DNA from: Longimicrobiales bacterium
Lineage (GTDB): Bacteria; Gemmatimonadota; Gemmatimonadetes; Longimicrobiales; Gaopeijiaceae
Length of the DNA: 64,000 nucleotides
Direction of reading: 5' to 3'
NCBI GenBank assembly: GCA_965219445.1
Contig: CBDCNQ010000001.1
Location: forward strand, 64,001-128,000
Below the pieces are notes generated by a model. That model saw only the letters and a program-made list of their open reading frames with translations, did no database searches and was not told the origin of the DNA. The position numbers were made by a program, and so were the translations under genes. The number at the start of each line of letters is the position of its first letter. Positions within the stretch are counted from its first letter, which is position 1. This document shows positions 58,946 through 64,000 of this stretch, one piece after another.

Positions 58946-60070
58946 CTAACCTCGGCGAACGAAGGCGTTGATTAGGTCCGACACGGTGTCTTCGTCGACC
59001 GGATGACTCCACGAACCGTCGACGCGGTGGACCGTTCCGATCTCAGAGAGCAAAACGAAGCGGGCCCGTCCGTGACGAACCTTCTTATCGGAAGCAAGAT
59101 AGGTCATGATGTCATCCGGCGCGGCAGAATCCGGGATACCGCTCGTAAGCCCCACACGCTCAACCACTTGCTCGAGTCGCTCGACCACATCCGGGCCGGT
59201 CACCCCCAGGGACACCCCAAGGCGAGCCTCCAGGATCATTCCGCACGCGACTGCGGTCCCGTGGGGAACCCGAAAGGAGCAGGCCGCTTCGATCGCGTGG
59301 CCGAGCGTATGACCGAAATTCAGGATCTCCCTCCGGCCTGCCTCCCATTCGTCCTCCGACACCACGGCAGATTTCAGTTCCACCGACCGCGCCACCGCCC
59401 GCCCGAGCGAGGTGGCTTCTCCGTCCAGAATCGCCGGCATCTCTCTATCGAGCTCGGCGAAATACGCGTCGTCCATGATCGCACCGTGTTTGACCGCCTC
59501 GATCATCCCCTGGGCCCGCTCGGCCTTCGGGAGCGTCTCTGCGACGTCCGGATCCGCCACGACCAGATTCGGGGGGTGAAACGCTCCGACCAGATTTTTT
59601 CCGGCCTCCACGTCCACTCCGGTTTTTCCACCGATAGACGCATCGATCATCGCCACGAGACTGGTCGGAATCTGTACGACCGGGATGCCTCTCATGTACG
59701 TTGCTGCGACGAAGCCGCCAAGGTCACCGGTTACACCCCCACCCATCGCAATCAGGCACGAGTCCCGACCGAATCCGGCGCGGAGGAGGTCGTCGGTCAG
59801 TTCTGACCACGTGACCCGACTCTTATTTCGCTCGCCAGCCTCGAACGTGAAGAGCTCGGCACTCAAGCCCGCATCCTTCAGGTGGTGGATCGTGGACCCT
59901 CCGTACAGCGACGCGACGTTCGAATCGGAGACCAGAGCGTACCGATGGGCGGGGGCGTACTCCTCCAGTAGGGGAGACAATGAGCCGAGTAGGGCTCGGC
60001 CCACCAGCACCGGGTAGGGTCCCGAAGCGCCGCTTGTCATGACCGTGATGGGGGCTGCCTTGTCGGTCAT
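58946..60070 (-). CDS. aroB: 3-dehydroquinate synthase
   Basis: GGGVTGDLGGFVAATYMRGI, DASIGGKTGV, KNLVGAFH, LNFGHTLGHAIE. Confidence 0.96.
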   Translation of the reverse strand: MTDKAAPITVMTSGASGPYPVLVGRALLGSLSPLLEEYAPAHRYALVSDSNVASLYGGSTIHHLKDAGLSAELFTFEAGERNKSRVTWSELTDDLLRAGFGRDSCLIAMGGGVTGDLGGFVAATYMRGIPVVQIPTSLVAMIDASIGGKTGVDVEAGKNLVGAFHPPNLVVADPDVAETLPKAERAQGMIEAVKHGAIMDDAYFAELDREMPAILDGEATSLGRAVARSVELKSAVVSEDEWEAGRREILNFGHTLGHAIEAACSFRVPHGTAVACGMILEARLGVSLGVTGPDVVERLEQVVERVGLTSGIPDSAAPDDIMTYLASDKKVRHGRARFVLLSEIGTVHRVDGSWSHPVDEDTVSDLINAFVRRG

Positions 60071-60080
60071 TCGCAGTCCG

Positions 60081-61328
60081 TCAGGGGTTTCCCACGGACG
60101 CTGTTACGTCGGGCACGTCCCCCACAAACAGGCTCGTAGCAGGAAGGCCCCCGATCTGAAGCGGTGTAAGCGACGCCTGATCGGGGAAGGCCGACAAGAG
60201 CGGCTCCAATTCACGGACGAATCTATCGCGCTGCGGAGTCGTGTCCCAAACCCCGAACCAGGCGAGTGAACGATGTCCATCACCGTCACCGAGGAGTACG
60301 TAACGATCCCCTTCCCAACCAACGGCCAAGGTACGAGAAGCACCCACGGTCTCTAGCAGAATGCCGAGCTCCAATTCGCCCAATGTGTCCTCGTATAGGC
60401 GGCTCCACCCATCTCCCACCGACACCTCGACATTCCGAGCAACGTCGCGTTGCCCGCCCGCGAAACGCTCCGGGTGGAGCACGTGCTCCGTCGAGGTCGG
60501 GAGGTCGGAACCGAATGGCGGCGGACGCCCACCCCGCTCCTTCCAGAGGGTCTCGACGAATCTTAGTCCGCCTCGATAGGGAAACAGAACAGCCTCTTGC
60601 AGGACGAGGGGCGCTTGCGCAAAAGCCGGAGACTGCGATCGGGCCTCCTCCAAGGCCGGGCCCAGGCGTGCAGAGAAATCTGGCACATCCATGAGGTCCA
60701 ATACTCCCCCCCCTTGGTCCTGCATCAAGAATTCGAACATCACCAGAGTCGCGTGCCCCTCGATCGCAGCAAGTGCGGCCACACGACGGTCGTTGCTCAG
60801 GCCAGGGGCCGTGATGGCATCCAGATCCGTGGTCTGGTCCTGGATCGCATGTACCAATTCGTGGACTAGGAGTGACTCGATCAGCTCGTCGGGCTGGTCG
60901 TCAAGTACGAACAGTGTCGTGGAATCAGGATCGTAAAAACCCGCGATCTGTTCCAGATAGAGGGCCTCGAGCGTGCCCCTCAAATCCAGGTCACGGGGCA
61001 CGAGCCCGAGTAACCCGTAAGCCTCCGAGAGCAACTCCGCCCGCTCCTGGGGAAACTCCTCATCGATTTTGAACTCCAAGTACCGTTCGAGGTCCGCCCG
61101 AGAGCGGCGTTCGATGCGGACCGGGGCTCGAAGCTCCATTCCCGAGCGGGACGCCAAGTCGGGTAGAAGCCGAACCGCGATTTCCTCAAGCCTTGGATCC
61201 GAGGAGGTTACGAGCGCGTCGTCTCCTGAACCGCCGCACCCCAGACTCGTGAGGAGGATGGACAGAACCAGGGGCGCAACCGCGCATCGACTCCGGATCC
61301 CGACCGCTTTCCTGGGGATGTCACCCAT
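60081..61328 (-). CDS. Putative zincin-like metallopeptidase lipoprotein
   Basis: Lipobox-like SLGC, EQIAGFYDP, HELVHAIQDQ, IEGHAT. Confidence 0.72.
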   Translation of the reverse strand: MGDIPRKAVGIRSRCAVAPLVLSILLTSLGCGGSGDDALVTSSDPRLEEIAVRLLPDLASRSGMELRAPVRIERRSRADLERYLEFKIDEEFPQERAELLSEAYGLLGLVPRDLDLRGTLEALYLEQIAGFYDPDSTTLFVLDDQPDELIESLLVHELVHAIQDQTTDLDAITAPGLSNDRRVAALAAIEGHATLVMFEFLMQDQGGGVLDLMDVPDFSARLGPALEEARSQSPAFAQAPLVLQEAVLFPYRGGLRFVETLWKERGGRPPPFGSDLPTSTEHVLHPERFAGGQRDVARNVEVSVGDGWSRLYEDTLGELELGILLETVGASRTLAVGWEGDRYVLLGDGDGHRSLAWFGVWDTTPQRDRFVRELEPLLSAFPDQASLTPLQIGGLPATSLFVGDVPDVTASVGNP

Positions 61329-61686
61329 CGGCGGGCACTCTTCCATACCGGTCCTCCAACCGAACGACGTCGTCCAAATGCGGTGTCGATGCCTCGAGAA
61401 CGTCACAGTCCGTGATCGCGACCATACGGTGCACAGTTCCCGTTGAAACGTGGAAGCTCTCACCGGCCGCCAAGTCGATGTCCTCGAGGTCGGCCTCGGA
61501 ACTCCCAGCAGAAAAACGCATCTCGCCCGAGAGGAGGTGGATCGTCTCGTCCTTCTGCTCGTGGTACTGCAGTGAAAGGGCCTCGCCTGCTTGGATGTGC
61601 AGGAGTTTTCCCACGTACTCGCTCGTGTCGGCCCAGATGAGTTCGTAGCCCCAGGGCTTCTCGACGCGTCGAGGAGTGTGCTTCAA
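61321..61686 (-). CDS. Cupin domain protein (mannose-6-phosphate isomerase-like)
   Basis: VEKPWGYE, LSLQYHEQKDET, HR, STPHLDDVVRLEDRYGR. Confidence 0.88.
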   Translation of the reverse strand: MKHTPRRVEKPWGYELIWADTSEYVGKLLHIQAGEALSLQYHEQKDETIHLLSGEMRFSAGSSEADLEDIDLAAGESFHVSTGTVHRMVAITDCDVLEASTPHLDDVVRLEDRYGRVPADG

Positions 61687-61798
61687 GTTCGGCTTCCCGT
61701 TGGTGGACGCGCAGAGGGCCGGCCGAGGGTGAGCATTCGGATCGTCCCGAAAAAATGACGTTGACGGACACCGCGACCAAGGTCAAGGGCCGGAACGC

Positions 61799-61814
61799 TG
61801 GCACGAAAGGTGCA
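61799..61814 (+). promoter_or_regulatory. Candidate sigma54 promoter TGGCACGAAAGGTGCA
   Basis: GG-N10-GC with a near-consensus -24 element, about 190 bp upstream of the PBP start. Confidence 0.55.
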
Positions 61815-62003
61815 ATCGGATTAGAGGGCGACGGAACGGGTTCGAACGGGTGAGGCCCCAGGGTACGGTGGAGCCCCGAATCGCCTGCATGGACCCTGGA
61901 GGCCTCTCATCGGTACCTGGACGTTATCTTTCACAGCGTAGGGTGAGTGGACGCCCCAAGAGAAAAGGAAATCGAGGACGACCGCGATACAACGGGAGGA
62001 TCG

Positions 62004-64000
62004 ATGTCCGTGATCAAAATGCTGTGGGATCCTCGCATCTTAGGCCTCGGCACGCTTCTCTTCCTGGGGCTCGGCATCGGCGCTGCCTGGGGTACTTGGC
62101 GGAACGTCTGCTCCGACTGCCCATCGATCGCGCAGATCAGGACGTTCGAACCTCAGCAAGCCAGCAAGCTGTACAGTCACGATGGACGACTGCTCGCGGA
62201 ACTCGGCGTTGAGCGCCGGACACCCGTGTCCATCAACGCCCTCCCTGAATACGTGTCGCAGGCGTTTGTGGCCGTAGAGGACAAGCGCTTCTACGACCAC
62301 CGCGGCGTCGACCCCCGTGGGCTCGCGCGAGCCGTCGTCGGCGTGCTCACCGGTCAGAGCCGGAGCCAGGGCGGGGGGAGCACGATCACGCAGCAGCTGG
62401 CCCGCAACATGTTCGAGACGTCCGTCGACGCTCGAATCCGATCCGGGTGGGGACTCATCGTCCGAAAAGCCAAGGAGCTGCAAGTCGCCTTCGCCCTTGA
62501 GCGCGCGTATACGAAAGATCAGATCCTCGAAGCCTACATGAACGAGATCAACTACGCGCATGGCTGGTATGGCATCCAGACCGCCGCGAGAAACTACTTC
62601 GGGAAGAACGCCACCGACCTCGACCCGGCGGAAGCCGCCCTGCTCGCCGCGATTCCAAACCGTCCGGAGTATTACAGTCCTCTTCGCAACCCCGACAACG
62701 CCGAAAGCCGGCGTCGACTCGTGCTCCGGCGCATGATCGACCAGGGCATCCTCCCAGTGGGGGACTTCGGACGTTACGCGAACGCTCCGTTGCCGACTGA
62801 ACGTGCGGTCGCGGGTGGGACTATCGCGCCCTACTTCGTAGAGTGGGTCCGGCAGATTCTGGACGACCGCTTCGGAAGCCAGCTTTACACGGCAGGACTC
62901 AACGTATACACGACTCTCGACGTGCCCATGCAGCGAGCCGCGGAGACGTCGATGCAGGAGGGGTGGGCAGGGATCGAGGCCCGGGCCGGCTTCAGCCACA
63001 TGACCTATGAGGCGTACCAGGACTCCCTCGCCGCAGGGGTGCTGTTGGGCGATTCAATCGGATACGTAGAAGGCCTCTTCGTCGCTCTGGACCCGTGGAC
63101 CGGATCGGTCCGCGCGATGATCGGTGGCCGGGACTTCGCTCTCTCGAAGTTCAACCGCGCGACGCAGGCGCTTCGCCAGGCCGGATCGGGCTTCAAGCCG
63201 TTCGTTTACACCGCCGCCGTGGCTAGCCGAATCCCCACGACCTACGTCGTCGTCGACGGCCCGTGGATGTCGATGCAGGCCGACGGAACGGAGTGGAGGC
63301 CGAGAAATTATGACGGACGCTTCGAGGGTCCGATGACCCTTCGCACGGGCCTCATGAGATCCCAGAACATAATCGCCATCAAGCTGGCGGATGAGATCGG
63401 ACTCGAGAGCGTGGCCCAGACGGCACGGCGTATGGGGATTCGAAGCGAGATCGAACGTTTCCCATCGACGGCCATCGGAGCGGTGGAGGTGTTGCCTCTG
63501 GAGATGGCTGAGGCGTATTCGACGTTCGCGAACCAGGGGACCAAAGTACGACCCTTCCCAATCCTGCGCGTAGAGGACGCACAGGGTGGGACCCTTTGGG
63601 ACCCACAACCGGAACGTACGGAGGTCCTCGACCCTCTCGTGTCACGGGTGATGATCTCCCTGCTCCAGGGCGTAGTGGATGGCGGAACCGGATACGGCGC
63701 CGTCAGGATTGCGGCGGGGCTCCCCAGAGAAGTCGTGGCGGCCGGCAAAACCGGCACAACCAACGACGGCACGGACATCTGGTTCAACGGTTTTACGCCG
63801 AACCTACTCGCGACGGTCTGGTTCGGGATGGACCTTCCCCAGGAAATCTGGCCTGGCGCGACCGGCGCCGGCGCGCCGGGACCCGTGTGGGGCAACTTCA
63901 TGCGACGCGTGTACTACGGGGATCCAGACGCTCTCGACCAGGAACTGCAGGAGCCGACGCTTCCGGTCCCAGAGCCGTGGGAGATCCCGAACGGGCTGGT
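62004..64000 (+). CDS. Class A penicillin-binding protein (PBP1A family), partial at the 3' end
   Basis: Not in the ORF track (no stop in window). RBS gggagg; EDKRFYDH, GGSTITQQLARN, RQAGSGFKPF, SQN, AGKTGTTN. Confidence 0.93.
   Translation, partial: MSVIKMLWDPRILGLGTLLFLGLGIGAAWGTWRNVCSDCPSIAQIRTFEPQQASKLYSHDGRLLAELGVERRTPVSINALPEYVSQAFVAVEDKRFYDHRGVDPRGLARAVVGVLTGQSRSQGGGSTITQQLARNMFETSVDARIRSGWGLIVRKAKELQVAFALERAYTKDQILEAYMNEINYAHGWYGIQTAARNYFGKNATDLDPAEAALLAAIPNRPEYYSPLRNPDNAESRRRLVLRRMIDQGILPVGDFGRYANAPLPTERAVAGGTIAPYFVEWVRQILDDRFGSQLYTAGLNVYTTLDVPMQRAAETSMQEGWAGIEARAGFSHMTYEAYQDSLAAGVLLGDSIGYVEGLFVALDPWTGSVRAMIGGRDFALSKFNRATQALRQAGSGFKPFVYTAAVASRIPTTYVVVDGPWMSMQADGTEWRPRNYDGRFEGPMTLRTGLMRSQNIIAIKLADEIGLESVAQTARRMGIRSEIERFPSTAIGAVEVLPLEMAEAYSTFANQGTKVRPFPILRVEDAQGGTLWDPQPERTEVLDPLVSRVMISLLQGVVDGGTGYGAVRIAAGLPREVVAAGKTGTTNDGTDIWFNGFTPNLLATVWFGMDLPQEIWPGATGAGAPGPVWGNFMRRVYYGDPDALDQELQEPTLPVPEPWEIPNGL

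Overview
GC-rich bacterial chromosomal window. Gene set and order suggest Gemmatimonadota (Longimicrobia-like), which is inference only. Most genes are housekeeping or envelope: M16 peptidases, menG/ubiE, ECF sigma, mrp, NifU-C, wzc, lepA, DUF58/BatA, mfd, two PPIases, pdxA, ftsEX-envC, holB, moaC, guaB, acs, a Fur/PerR regulator, dacB, moeA, etfAB, mpg, aroB and a class A PBP. The mobile and decay signal is clear. Two identical IS3-family copies split an EamA gene and etfB, and both carry conserved bases beyond their TG...CA repeats. A family of structured, non-coding TIR elements points the same end at the start codons of mrp, lepA and surA. There is also a second 126-bp MITE, an 8-bp tandem repeat and several pseudogenes (anti-sigma locus, a frameshifted secreted protein, a truncated Cys/Met PLP enzyme, etfA). 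The best candidates for undescribed biology are a STAS-GHKL kinase / STAS-wHTH pair after lepA, a NYN-LOTUS-LOTUS-HhH fusion, a sigma54-preceded DUF4384 protein with a CxxCH motif, and the structured repeat family. I saw no rRNA, tRNA or CRISPR array. All family calls come from reading motifs by eye; no searches were run.
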